From assembly GCF_963921235.1 (NCBI RefSeq), contig NC_086097.1, positions 205,098,001 to 205,162,000 of the forward strand: a stretch of DNA of 64,000 bases, read 5' to 3'. The DNA is from Mobula hypostoma (Eukaryota). Positions 38,590 through 51,499 of the stretch are shown here, piece after piece; position 1 is the stretch's first letter; each line of letters opens with the position of its first letter. The position numbers were made by a program, and so were the translations under genes. Under the pieces are notes generated by a model that saw only the letters and a list, made by a program, of their open reading frames with translations, was not told where the DNA came from and did no database searches.

Positions 38590-40565
38590 CATCAACGTTG
38601 ATGAATATTCGGAATTGGTGACTGCCTACGTGAAAAATGCATGGAGGATATTACTGTGATTAAATGCTGCTCTGCCAGGACAAACCAGAAACCATGAGGT
38701 TCTACAGGGGTCCGTGCTCTGCTTAGAGATCGGGACGCCGCCTTCAGATCAAGGAACAGGATGTCTCTAAGGTTAGCAAAAGCCACACTCTCTCGTGCCA
38801 TCAGGAAGGCAAAGTGTGAGTACGCACAGAAAATCCACCAACACCTTTGTGATACCAGGGACGCATGGCCTCTGTGGTAAGGTATTCATGACATAACAGA
38901 TTACAAGTCCACCCTGCATGTCAGCAACAGCGACACCTCCCTAAATGTCTTCTATGCACAATTTGATGCATTGAACAACGTGACATCAAGGAAGGCCCCT
39001 TCTCCCCCTAAGTAACAGGCACCCTCTCTGGTCACAGCCATAGGTAAGTCCAACCAAACCTACGGGGCCAGACAAATTACCTGGTTGGGTGCTGAGAAAT
39101 TGTGTGGACCAACTAACAGAAGTCTTAACAGACTTCTTTAACATATCTTTGAAAGTATCTACTGTCCCTGCTGGCTTCAGCACAGTCACATTCTGGTACC
39201 TAAGAAAGCAATGTCAACTACCCTAAATGATTACCGCTTGGTGGTACTGACTTCAAGAAACATGAAGTGCCACTCGTTCTGACTACTTTGTCCAGGTGCA
39301 ACATTGAAAGGCACATGGTAATGGATCATATAAAATGCCAACTTCCAGCTACATTAGGACTCTTCCAGTTCACCTGCCACTCAAACCGGTGCACTGATGA
39401 TGCCACAGCCTTGGCCCTCCTCTCTGTTCTGTCCCAAATACAAAATGCCGGAATGCTGTCATTCATTTCAGCTCGGTGTTTAACAGATCATCCCTCTGGG
39501 GCTGGTGGGTAAACTGTCCCCACTCCGTAACTGGATCTTGAACCGCTTAACAGAAAGACCGCAGTCAGTCCAAGTTGGCAGCAACTTCTCAAGATCCATC
39601 ACGTTGAACACTGGTGCCTCCCAGGGTTGTGTTCTCAGTCTGCTGCTGTTTACGCTGCTGACTCACAACTGCACTGCCACATTCAGCTCAAATTGCATCA
39701 TTAAGTTCGCTGATGATACTGCTGCGGCTGGCCTCATCAGCTGCGAGGATGAGTTGACATACAGAGAGGAGGTAGTGAGCCTTGTTAAATGGTGTGAAAC
39801 CAACATTCTGAGTCTCAAAGTGAGCAAGACAAAAGAGATGATTGTGGATTTCAGGAAAACAAATTCTCGATTGCACATCAATGGTTCTGCTATGGAAATA
39901 GTGAAGAGCACGAAGTTCCTTGGGTGCACATTACAGACGAGCTAACCTGGACCTAAAATACTTCCTCAGAAGTCAAGAAGGCTCAACAACATTTACACTT
40001 TCTGAGGACACTGAGGCATGTAAGGCTCCCTGCCCAGATTCTAACAACTTTATACAGGAGCACCAGTGAGAGCATCCTGTCTGGCTGCATCATTGTAGGC
40101 CGCAGGACCCTACAAAGGGTAGTTAAAACTGCAGAGAGCATCACCAGGGTCTCCTTTCCCAAATATTTGTTACATTTTCTGGGAGTGTAGCAGATGAAGG
40201 TCCCAAAGCATTGTAGAGGATCCCTACCATCCATCTCACAATCCCACTACTGTCAGGAAGAAAGAACAGAAACCTCGGGATGAGGTCTGCCCAACTGTGT
40301 GACAGCTCCTTCGCTCAGGCGGTGACACTAATGAATACCCTGCCACTACCGTGGTCTCATCACTAGGTCAACGTGCCATTTACTGTTCTGATTACTGTTT
40401 ACCTGTGTTGCTTGTATTTTGAAATATATTTTATTAACTCATCTGATAATAATTTGGTTTATGTGTTGTGTGTGCTATATGTTTTGTGGGTGCACTGTGG
40501 TTGGGAGGAATGTTGTTTCATTTGGTTGTATATGTACAGTCAGATGACAACAAACTTGAACTTGA
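38590..40565 (+). mobile_element. Rex1/Babar-like LINE, most of the RT plus 3' UTR, degraded
   Basis: LNDYRLVVLTS; TGASQGCVLSLLLFTL...KFADD (ORF 39505..39945); tail aaacttgaacttga. Confidence 0.9.
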
Positions 40566-41522
40566 TGATTCTCACTCACAACTCATCGAGGGAATTTGCT
40601 TCCTTTATTTATGTTTACACTAAAATATAATGGGGTCTGGGTCCAAGCAGTGATAAAATGATTCAGGTGTGCCTGACCCTGAAGGTAAGATGCTAGTGCC
40701 ATGGATTGTATGCTACTTAGTCATGCATAAGAGAGAATAAACAGTATCCATAAATGCAGTCCAGAATGTGCAGGCATTGTAACATGTAGCCTTGATGTAA
40801 CAATAGGTGAGAGCTATGAGATAAGCTGCTAAAGTTCCAGCTGCATTAATTGCATAAGAATGAAGTTGGCCTTGGATATTTGGTATGTGTTCCAATAGAC
40901 AAAGTTGTTGCTATGTCAGTAGTAGCAATATAATGAAGAGAGCAGATTCTGATACTGCCGATGCAGTTGCTCATTATGACCACACCATTAAACTTATTGC
41001 AGTGTTGCATCTAAGCCTTTGAGGTTTGACTTCTGGCTCGGATTTACCACATTATCTGATTCCACTGCCTGTGCAGAATCTTAAGCACATAGTTGACCTT
41101 GTGGAAAATGCACATCTGTTCTCCTTTCTATATAATGCACATGGGTTCCAGCTCAATGTAGGAAGAGCCTGCCGTCTGCTCTTGCTGTTGACCATCTTTG
41201 CCATTGTTCACAGCTTCTCAGCATCTACTGTGAAAGGTCTACGAGTTCCTGCTCCAGCTACACTCCTAAAGGAGTGAAGCCTGAGCAATTATTGCAGCTA
41301 TGTTTAAACTGTCCCAGACATTCACAATATTGGCCTTGCAGAGAACTGGACCCAATGTCCACAGGAATTAATGCGTGCTGCAGTGGCAGACATGCAAGTA
41401 AAGAGAGTGCACAATGTTAGAACGCAGCCTGTGTTGGAAGCGACGAGAAGGAGCTAATCACAAATCTCAGCTTTTTGTCTAATTCTAAATCTTGCCAACA
41501 CTTATTATTGCACAAAAAAAAG

Positions 41523-41785
41523 AAAATGAAATGAAATGACTTTATTTCTTACATCCTTCACATACATGAGGTGTAAAAATATTTACACTATGTCTCAGTC
41601 TAAATGTGCATTGTGCAATCATAGTAATTTATAATAATTAGAACAGTCAATGTAACATAGAAATACACTCAAATCAGCATCAGTTAATCAGTCTGATGGA
41701 TGGTGGAAGAACCTGTCCTGGAGCCTGTTGGCCATGGCTTTTATGCTGCGCTACCGTTTCCCAGATGGTAGCAGCTGGAATAGAC
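41523..41785 (-). mobile_element. Rex1-like 3' tail fragment
   Basis: (aaatg)n tail followed by tttatt and a Rex-type 3' UTR. Confidence 0.65.
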
Positions 41786-42061
41786 CGTAGAAGATACCAA
41801 ACCTGGTATCTTCCCTGCCTTAGTAGAGAATGGAGTGAAATATGTCTTAAAATGTGTCTAAATTTTTTTTTACATATAATGAAAGCATACAATATAAATG
41901 AAGCACATCTTTACAAAACGATTCTCTACCTTAAGGCAAAAAGAAAGACTATTCATCATGATGAATGGGGATAATCATGCACCATAAGGCCTTAAATAAA
42001 ATAATAAAGCAGAAGAATAGTTGTTGATTTGAAATGGTTTTCAGATGAATGATTCACTTTG

Positions 42062-42089
42062 CTCTCTCTCTCTCTCTATATATATATAT
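42062..42089. repeat. (CT)n(AT)n compound microsatellite about 60 nt upstream of the 42152 exon
   Basis: ctctctctctctctctatatatatatat. Confidence 0.9.
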
Positions 42090-42151
42090 CATCTTAAGAA
42101 TGCCCCCGAGTTACTAATGTAAGACTGGTCAATGTTGTGTTTTTTTGACAG

Positions 42152-42268
42152 ATAGTCTACATGGGCTGGGTAGAAGACCGGGAGCCAGATTCACTGCAGG
42201 ATAAGCTGTACACACCAAAGTATCTAGCCGTGCGAGGCGCTTGTCTGTACACATTTACGGCACCTCCA
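42152..42268 (+). CDS. SNTG1: SNTG1 coding exon (PH domain), 117 nt, phase 0/0
   Basis: tttttttgacag|ATA...CCA|gtaggt. Translates IVYMGWVEDREPDSLQDKLYTPKYLAVRGACLYTFTAPP. Confidence 0.96.
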
Positions 42269-43511
42269 GTAGGTTCAGTTTTGCTTTAATCAACTTGCAT
42301 TTTTAATTTAGTGTACAGCTAAAAATGTACAGACAAAACATATATTCATCTGATATGATACTACACCAATGATTGCAATGAATTATATGTTATACCATGT
42401 ATTTTTATATTTTATTATCTCTAATAATGAAGGAATTCCTGTCTTCTCACAATGCTGGAAGCAAAGCAGTTCTTTGCAGTTGAAAATAGAATTAATCTAG
42501 AGCGGAGAAAAATTGCAACTCTTCTTAGCCCGAATGACATGCAGCAAAAAAGTTAACCCTTATCTGTGCAGTGGGATGTTTGTTAGCACCTGAAATCGAA
42601 TCTTCCCCCAAATGGTTCTCATTCCAGTACAATATTCAACTTTTACCTCCCATGTGGTTTATACTCTCTCTGGTCTGAAAAATGGCAACACTTCTTTAGT
42701 CTCAGAACAAATAACTTTTAGTCATCTTGTTTTCCCTGGAAGTCTACTGTTTAAAAGGCCAACATTTACCAGCATTTTTATAGGCTACTTCAGAGGCCTC
42801 AATAACTGCATTGTTGACTGTTTGCAATTAACCCTGAGCCTTCCTTGCACCTTAAACAATAATATTTTTTGTATTCAGAATTGATTGCTAATAGGGGATA
42901 TGTCATCATCTGGTACTTTTCTTGCCCAATGGTATGGAGATGGATCATAGGGATTAGAAGTATAACTAACAATAATGGGAACTATCTGTGAGGAAGTATA
43001 GAATGAAGTACAGATCCACCACCCAAGACTGTACTTAGCCAGAGTTTACAGCAACGTGGTTCTTACTGTTTTCTGTAATCAGCAGAATTTGCCCAGATTG
43101 CTTTGCTCATGGTCTGACTCAGCTTCCCAACCTCAAGATTTTTCTAGGCTCTGTTGTTCTCTCCCAAATCTAACAGTTTTCTGGTGATCGCTGTATTTTT
43201 GAGGACACAATGGTTTTATATTCAAGGAGAGAAGACTTCATCCTCTATTCCTTCACCCCACAGAAGCAGGCAGAGTTTGCATGGTTATTTACTACATATT
43301 AATCTATGAATCAATCTCAAGTCTTTTGTTTGGTACTAATGTTTGCACAATCTCAATTTTACAAATATTAGTATCAGACAGAAGATATTCAGAAACAGCA
43401 ATTACACAGTAAAATCTCACTGGGAACCTCCTGCTTCATTATAATTCTTGAAAATTACTGTGGCCTCCTTGCAGAAGCAAAACACCTCCTGGAGAAGTTA
43501 TTTTCCATTCG

Positions 43512-43596
43512 ATGTTGAAGGAACTCAACAAGTCGGGCAGGATCTGTGGACGGGAATAAACAGTTGACATTTCAGGCTGAGACCCTTCATCAAGAT
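43512..43596 (-). mobile_element. Penelope-derived short element with a hammerhead-like motif
   Basis: Minus strand reads tTGATGA a GGG tctcag CCT GAAAT GTC aactgttt. Confidence 0.75.
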
Positions 43597-43903
43597 GTCT
43601 TCACTCACTGTTTTGGAAATATCTCAAGTTAAGAATTGTGACCTTTCTGGGAGTCTATAAAATAGCTTTAGACTGACGCATAGTACTGCTTGAAAGTCCT
43701 TTTAAAAATGAAAAGGAAATTTCTAAGCTAGTTTATTTGTCAAGTCCCGCCTAAACAGTAAATGGATCAAGAAGGTTCGGCAAGGAAAGATGGAGGCCGA
43801 AGTCCTGGGGGCCATTTTTGGCCATAAGAGGGCCAGTGTAGGCATCTGAGGTCTGACTGGGCAGGAGAGACTGTGGCAAGGAGGCATAGGAGAGTAGCAG
43901 TAT

Positions 43904-43993
43904 GGTTTCTTTATATGTAGTAGTTACTTAAAGAAGTATCAAATAATAAGGTTTCTTTATATATAGCAGTTACTTAAAGAAGTATCAAATAAT
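43904..43993. repeat. 46-bp tandem duplication
   Basis: ggtttctttatat(g/a)tag(t/c)agttacttaaagaagtatcaaataat starts at 43904 and 43950. Confidence 0.9.
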
Positions 43994-45471
43994 TAAATTG
44001 AGTATGGATGCAGGATCAGGTGATGTTTTGTAGCTGCATGATATGGGAGCTAGTGGATCCCATCCTAGTTCCTTGTGACCACATCTACAGCAAGTGTTGG
44101 TGGCTCAAAGCTGATGATCTGGAATCCGAGTTTAAACACTGCGATGGATCAAGAAGGGGAGGAGTTGTCTGGACACTGTGTTTCAGGAGGCAGTCACACT
44201 AATTAGATTAAATGCTTCAAATTCGCTCTGTGGCCAAGGACACAGTCTGAATGTGAGTGTGACAGGTAGGAGTTCCAAGAGGTAGTGCTGGAGGAGCTTC
44301 AGCCATTGTGATTGCCACAAGTCTAAGATTCTGAGATTGTGCTCCCTTTGAGGTTGAGAGTGGAAGCTGTAGGAAGGATGAGCAAACAAAATGTGGCACC
44401 ATGGTCCAGGGAGCCTTTGAGTGGGGAGGAGAGAATGTGGTTGTAATTGGGGGTAACATAGGGAAGAAAACATAATTCTTTGTCGCAAGGATCGAGAGAA
44501 TCAAAGGCTGTGTTGTCTGTATGGTGCCCGGGTTCAGGACCTGCAGAGGAATTTGAAGAGGAAGGGGAAAGATCCAGTAGACTTGGTCCATGTGGGTGCC
44601 AATAATATAGGAAGGAAGTTCTGCTGAGGGAATTTGAGCAGCTCTGGGCTAAATTAAAATGCAGAACCAAAAAGATAATCATCTTTGGGTTGTTATCTGA
44701 ACCATGAGCAAATTGCCCCAGGGTTAATAAGATCAGAGAGCTAAATGATGGCTGAAAGATTGGCGTGGGAGGAGTGGGTTTGAATCGGTGAATCACTAAA
44801 CCATGCTGGCACTAGGGTTGTGGATAAGGTAAACTAATTAGTAGTGGGGTGAGTTCACCAGCTTAGAACTGTATGGATAAAACAAAAGGAAAAGCAAGTG
44901 CAGGAGAAGTTATTGAAGACTCTGCAATAAAGAATAAGACAATAAGTTTAGAAAGGGAAAACAATTTAACTTCAGGCAAAATGTAGACAAAATTGCCAAG
45001 TCGGATGCTGAGTAGAGGATGGATAGTGTATACTTAATGCACGCAGTCTGCAAAATAAGGTAGACAATTTGGTAACACAGTTGGAAATTGGCAGGTACGA
45101 TGTTCTGAGCATCACAGAGACGTTGTTGGAGGAAGATATCGTATCAGAAGTACCGGTAGGTGGCAGAGAGTGTGGGTGGTTTTGTTGATTTAAAAAATGG
45201 AATCGAAAGAAATGACATAGGACCAGAAGATGTAGAATCCTTGCAAGTAGAGCTAAGAAGCTGCAAGGTGAAAAGGACCCTGATGGGAGCTATAGAAAGG
45301 CCCCCAAATGTAGTCAGGATGTAGGGTACGAATTACAACAGGAGATATAAAAGACGCGTAAAAAAGGCAATGTTACAATAGTCATGAGAGACATCAGTAT
45401 GCAGGTAGATAGGGAAAATCAAGTTGGTGCTGCATTCCAAGCTAAGGAATAAGGTAGACAATGTCATTTTA

Positions 45472-46592
45472 ACATAGAACATAGAATAGTACAGCACAGT
45501 ACAGGCCCTTCGGCCCACAATGTTGTGCCGACCCTCAAACACTGCCTCCCATATAAGCCCCCACCTTAGATTCCTCCATATACCTGTCTAGTGGTCTCTT
45601 AAACTTCACTAGTGTATCTGCCTCCATCACTGACTCAGGCAGTGCATTCCACGCACCAACCACTCTCTGAGTTAAAAACCTTCCTCTAATATCCCCCTTG
45701 AACTTCCCACCCCTTACCTTAAAGCCATGTCCTCTTGTATTGAGCAGTGGTGCCCTGGGGAAGAGGCGCTGGCTATCCACTCTATCTATTCCTCTTATTA
45801 TCTTGTACACCTCTATCATGTCTCCTCTCATCCTCCTTCTCTCCAAAGAGTAAAGCCCTAGCTCCCTTAATCTCTGATCATAATGCATACTTTCTAAACC
45901 AGGCAGCATCCTGGTAAATCTCCTCTGTACCCTTTCCAATGCTTCCACACCCTTCCTATAGTGAGGTGACCAGAACTGGACACAGTACTCCAAGTGTGGC
46001 CTAACCAGAGTTTTATGGAGCTGCATCATTACATTGTGACTTTTAAACTCTATCCCTCGACTTATGAAAGCTAACACCCCATAAGCTTTCTTAACTACCC
46101 TATCCACCTGTGAGGCAACTTTCAGGGATCTGTGGACATGTACCCCCAGATCCCTCTGCTCCTCCACACTACCAAGTATCCTGCCATTTACTTTGCACTC
46201 TGCCTTGGAGTTTGTCCTTCCAAAGTGTACCACCTCACACTTCTCCGGGTTGAACTCCATCTGCCACTTCTCAGCCCACTTCTGCATCCTATCAATGTCT
46301 CTCTGCAATCTTTGACAATCCTCTACACTATCTACAACACCACCAACCTTTGTGTCGTCTGCAAACTTGCCAACCCACCCTTCTACCCCCACATCCAGGT
46401 TGTTAATAAAAATCACGAAAAGTAGAGGTCCCAGAACAGATCCTTGTGGGACACCACTAGTCACAACCCTCCAATCTGAATGTACTCCCTCCACCACCAC
46501 CCTCTGCCTTCTGCAGGCAAGCCAATTCTGAATCCACCTGGCCAAACTTCCCTGGATCCCATGCCTTCTAACTTTCTGAATAAGCCTACCGT
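45472..46592 (-). mobile_element. Young 5'-truncated CR1 with an uninterrupted RT C-terminal ORF
   Basis: ORF 45535..46545, 336 aa ([13 protein letters not shown]); (catagaa)n tail. Confidence 0.95.
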
Positions 46593-47394
46593 TTAGAGCA
46601 TTGGACTTTTGGAAAATGATGTTGGAGAGGTAATAATGGGAAACAAACTAGTAGTGGATGAACAGAGTAAGTCAGTCTTCACTGGGGAAGACATAAGCAA
46701 CATACCAGAAATTCAAGAGTGTCAGGGGACAGAAGTGAGTGTAGACTCTATTACTAAGGAAAAAGTACTTGGACAGCTGAAAGGTCTGAAGGTAGATAAG
46801 TCATCTGGACTTGATGTAGTACACCCCATCGTTCTGAAAGAGGTAACTGAAGAGATTGCAAAGGCCTTAGTAGTGAACTTACAAGAATCTCTAGATTCTG
46901 GAAGGGTTCTGGAGGACTGGAAAATCACAAATGTCTCTCACTCTAAGAAGGGAGGTTTGCAAAACACATGAAATTATATGCCAGTTAGTCTAACTTCAAT
47001 TATTGACAATATGAGTCCTTTATTATGAATCAAGTTTCAGGGTACATGAAGGCACATGATAAAATAGGCTGCAGTCAGCATGCTTTCCTTTAGGGAGGAT
47101 TTTGCCTGATAAATTTATAAGGAAATTCTTTGAGAAAATAACAGGCAGGATAGACAAAGCAGAGTCAGTGGATGGTGTTAACTCATATTTCAGAATCCCC
47201 TTGACAAGTTGCCACAAATAAGAATACTGAACAAGATAAGAACCGATAGTATTATAGGAAAGTATGGACAGACGTTTGGCTGATGGGCAGAAGGCAGAGT
47301 CAGAATAAAGGGGGCGGTTTCTTGTTTACTGCTGTTGACTACTGGTGTTTCACAGGGGTCAATGTTCAGTCAGCTGCTTTTCACATTATATGTT

Positions 47395-48416
47395 CCGCAA
47401 GGCTCAGTGCTGGGACCCCAGTTGTTTACAATATATATTAATGACTTGGATGAGGGAATTAAATGCAGCATCTCCAAGTTTGCGGATGACACGAAGCTGG
47501 GTGGCAGTGTTAGCAGTGAGGAGGATGCTAAGAGGATGCAGGGTGACTTGGATAGGTTGGGTGAGTGGGCAAACTCATGGCAGATGCAATTTAATGTGGA
47601 TAAATGTGAAGTTATCCACTTTGGTGGCAAAAATAGGAAAACAGATTATTATCTGAATGGTGGCCGATTAGGAAAAGGGGAGGTGCAACGAGACCTGGGT
47701 GTCATTATACACCAGTCATTGAAAGTGGGCATGCAGGTACAGCAGGCGGTGAAAAAGGCGAACAGTATGCTGGCATTTATAGCGAGAGGATTCGAGTACA
47801 GGAGCAGGGAGGTACTACTGCAGTTGTACAAGGCCTTGGTGAGACCACACCTGGAGTATTGTGTGCAGTTTTGGTCCCCTAATCTGAGGAAAGACATCCT
47901 TGCCATAGAGGGAGTACAAAGAAGGTTCACCAGATTGATTCCTGGGATGGCAGGTCTTTCATATGAAGAAAGACTGGATGAACTGGGCTTGTACTCGTTG
48001 GAATTTAGAAGATTGAGGGGGGATCTGATTGAAACGTATAAGATCCTAAAGGGATTGGACAGGCTAGATGCGGGAAGATTGTTCCCGATGTTGGGGAGGT
48101 CTAGAACGAGGGGTCACAGTTTGAGGATAGAGGGGAAGCCTTTTAGGACCGAGGTTAGGAAAAACTTCTTCACACAGAGAGTGGTGAATCTGTGGAATTC
48201 TCTGCCACAGCAAACTGTTGAGGCCAGTTCATTAGCTATGTTTAAAAGGAAGTTAGATATGGCCCTTGTGGCTACAGGGGTCACGGGGTATGGAGGGAAG
48301 GCTGGGTTCTGAGTTGGATGATCAGCCATGATCATAATAAATGGCGGTGCAGGCTCGAAGGGCCGAATGGCCTACTCCTGCACCTATTTTCTATGTTTCT
48401 ATGTTTTCTATGTTTC
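47395..48416 (+). mobile_element. Young 5'-truncated CR1 nested in the older CR1
   Basis: Open frame to 48312 ([13 protein letters not shown]); (tttctatg)n tail; tatgtt at both junctions. Confidence 0.95.
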
Positions 48417-48988
48417 TATGTTAATAATCTGGATGATAGGTTTGTGGCCGAGTTTGCAGATGATGCAAAGACAGGTGGAAGGGCAGATGGTGTTCAGGAA
48501 GCAGGGAGTCAGCAGAAGGAATTGAATGGACAGGTAGGAGAGAAGTGATGGTCATGAACTTCAGTAGAAGGCATGAAAGAATAGATTATTTTCTAAATGG
48601 GGAGCACATTAAGAAATCAGAGCTGCAAAGGGCTTGAAAGTCCTAGTATAGGATCCTTTCAAGGTTACCTTGCAGGTTGAATCAGTAGAGAGGAATACGA
48701 ATGTAATGTGAGTATTCATTTTACAAGGACTAGAATATAAATGCAGGGATGTAATGCTGAGGCCTTTATAAGGCATTTGTCAAACTACATTTGGGGCATT
48801 GTTAGCATTTCTTGGGCCCCATATCTAATAAGGGATGTGCTGGCGTTGGAGAGGGTCCAGAGTAGGTTTATGAGAATGATCCCGAGAATGAAAGGGTTAA
48901 CGTATGAAGATTGTTTGGTGGCTCTGGGCCTGTACTCATTGAATTTTAGAAGAACTCATTTTGAAACTGATTGAATACTGGATATTGA

Positions 48989-49089
48989 GTGTTAATGAAG
49001 GATCTCAGTCCAAAACATCGACTGTTTACTCTTTTCCTTAGATGCCGCCTGGCCTGCTGAAATCCTCTAGCATTTTGTGTGTTGCTCGT
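48989..49089 (+). mobile_element. Penelope-derived short element with a decayed hammerhead, nested in CR1
   Basis: ttaatgaaggatctcagtccaaaacatcgactgtttactcttttcc...cattttgtgtgttgctc; atattga on both sides (48982-48988 and 49090-49096). Confidence 0.75.
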
Positions 49090-51499
49090 ATATTGAAAGG
49101 CCTGGATATAGTGGATCTGGAGTGGATGTTTCAAATTATGGAAGCGTCTAGGACTAGAGGGCACAGCCTCGGAATAGAAGGATGTCCCTTTAGAACAGAG
49201 ATGAGGAGGATTTTTTTTAGCCAGAGGGCGGTAAATCTGTGGAATTCATTGCCACAGACAGCTGTGGAGGCAAAGTCATTGGGTATATTTAAAGCGGAGG
49301 TTGATAGCTTGTCGATTAGTAGGAGCAACAAAAGTTATGGGGAGAAGGCAGGAGAATGCGTTGAGAGGGAAAATAAATCAGCCATGATCGAATGGTGGAG
49401 CAGACTTGATGGGCCAAATTGCCTAATTCTGTTCCTATGCCTTATGGTCTTCTGGTTTAAACTTATTTTATATTTATTATGCAGTTGGTAAAGTGAATTA
49501 GTTGCTTTATATACTGTATCTAAAGTGAAGAATAATAGAAATAACTAAGCTCAGTTTTATAAAAAATTCATTTTCTATAAATATGTTCTATGGAATCAAT
49601 TAAGATTAAGTATTGCTAGCAATCATTTAGCCAATTAGATGTGCTCATACTTTTCAATTAAATGAGTGAAAAGCTAGATTCAATTGGAATGTGAGTACTT
49701 GACCTAACTGTTGAATTCCTTTTCTTCACTAATATACTGTAGGTGCAAAATTTCTAATTCAATAATAGGCTGGCAAAGTGCCTAAATGTATATTTGTCTC
49801 TTTTAGAATAATAAATTCCCTCATTACATTACTAAAAGGAGAATTTGCAAATGTTACAGTCTTCATTTTGAACCCATTGCACATAGTATCTCAAATTTGT
49901 ACCATTTGAAAAGATCTTCCAGAAGTTGGACAAATATAATACTGCTTAAATGACTCACATTGCTCATAATAAATAGCTGCATCATGAGATTTATTTATTT
50001 CTTTATTTGCTAGTGACTCCCTTTAATCAATAGATAATTAACTCAGAATAATATTCCTCTAGCTAGCTATATTTTTGAGTAATTACAATCTCGTGTAGTT
50101 GTGTGAAATACAATATGGCCATAATACTTGTGTCTGTTTCTAATTCATGGGTTGATATTGAGTCATTTAGTAATGTCTCCCTGAAAAGTTCTAGTTATCA
50201 CAAGCTACCTCCTGTTGATAGATAGCTCCTTGGAGCAGATGGTCCAAAGTTGCAGTTAAATTATAATCTAACGTAAGTTTACTAATGCTGAGAAGAATCA
50301 TGGGAAAGTATATTTGATTTTATATATCATTGCGAAGTTATTTCCAATGTTTAATTGAAAAATACATATTGCCACAGAGAAGGAAAAGGAAGTCTTTTCC
50401 TCTGTCTTCTGGTAATACCAAGGTCATGAGAAATTGCCCTGGCCAGAAAACAGTCCAAAGCTGGATATTTCTTCAAGACAATTATTTCGGAGAAAAGCTC
50501 ATTTATTTAAGATTTATAATTGCTAATCCTATAAAATATCCTGAAACATCTAGTTCATAGTACATTTTTTATTAAGTTTAATAATAGAGTACAGAGACTT
50601 GTATTCAGTGACAAGGAAGGAATAGTAATTTATTTCCAAATTAAGACTGTGTGTGTTGTGGAGGCAAATCTGCAAGAGATGACATCCTAGGCAATTGTCC
50701 CTGTCTTTCTAGATGATAGTGTTTGTGGGTTTGGGAGTTACTATTGAAGAAACTTGGGAAGTTACAGCAGTACATTTTTGTATAAGACATACTTTAATGC
50801 TCCTCAGTAAAATCATGAGTGGTCATTAATTACCTCCCGAAATAACGCATGTGAATCCACTCCATGGGGAGAACAATTAAGGCAATCTCTTTAATTAAAC
50901 TGAGATTAATAAAATACTGTCTGAATTCCACATACTGACATAAATTGGATGATTAGGCCAAGAATATCTTCAGCTATTGAACATAGAACATAGAACAGTA
51001 TTACTCAGGAACAGGTCATTCAGCACAAAAAGTTGTGCTGAACCAATTAAATTAGTAATTAAATGGCTTGTGCTTTGGAATCCTTTTATGTTCTGACAGA
51101 AGAATATAAAAAAAAGATGTCCATCAGTTAAACTTCCCTTCAAGAAAATACAGAATTCTTTTAACATTTGGTGAATTTATATTTCTGTACCTTTCACACC
51201 TGCAGACAGAATCCCAAGTAAGATATTTTTACCACCTTAATGGAGATCAGAGTTCTTTTCACATGCACTAACAGAGTTTCAAGTGAAAAGAAAACCACCA
51301 AAATGCTAGAATTTGAAAAAAGAATTAAAATGGTGAAAATATACATTTGTCATCAACTGTTGAGACTGATTAGTTTAATAACATTCAAAATATTACCCTT
51401 TAGCTCAACTTGTTCTGATCAGGGTTTTTTATAGTTGCTGAGAAGTTGCTGGAGATTTCTAGCATTTTCTACCACAGATGGGAAGAAAGCCTGCAATCT

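Larger units (their letters stand above)
43720..49450 (+). mobile_element. Old, originally near full-length CR1 (ORF1 Cys-finger and esterase, ORF2 APE and RT) hosting three nested insertions
   Basis: ORF1 start FCSCMIWE...DHIYSKC (44008). APE at about 45020-45450. RT pieces at 46593-47394 and 48423-49450. Tail 'cctatgccttatggtctt'. Confidence 0.85.

Noticed and set aside
45535..46545. 336-aa RT ORF (also 47335..48312, 54231..55148, 21321..22241) as a domesticated gene or a retron/DGR-like system
   Set aside because: All are LINE ORF2 C-terminal pieces with LINE 3' UTRs and microsatellite tails. They are 5'-truncated or frameshifted, with no sign of their own promoter or splice structure.
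51290..51470. Further hammerhead-family copies (also about 12650-12810)
   Set aside because: They resemble older Penelope-type repeats, but the core boxes are too decayed to call.
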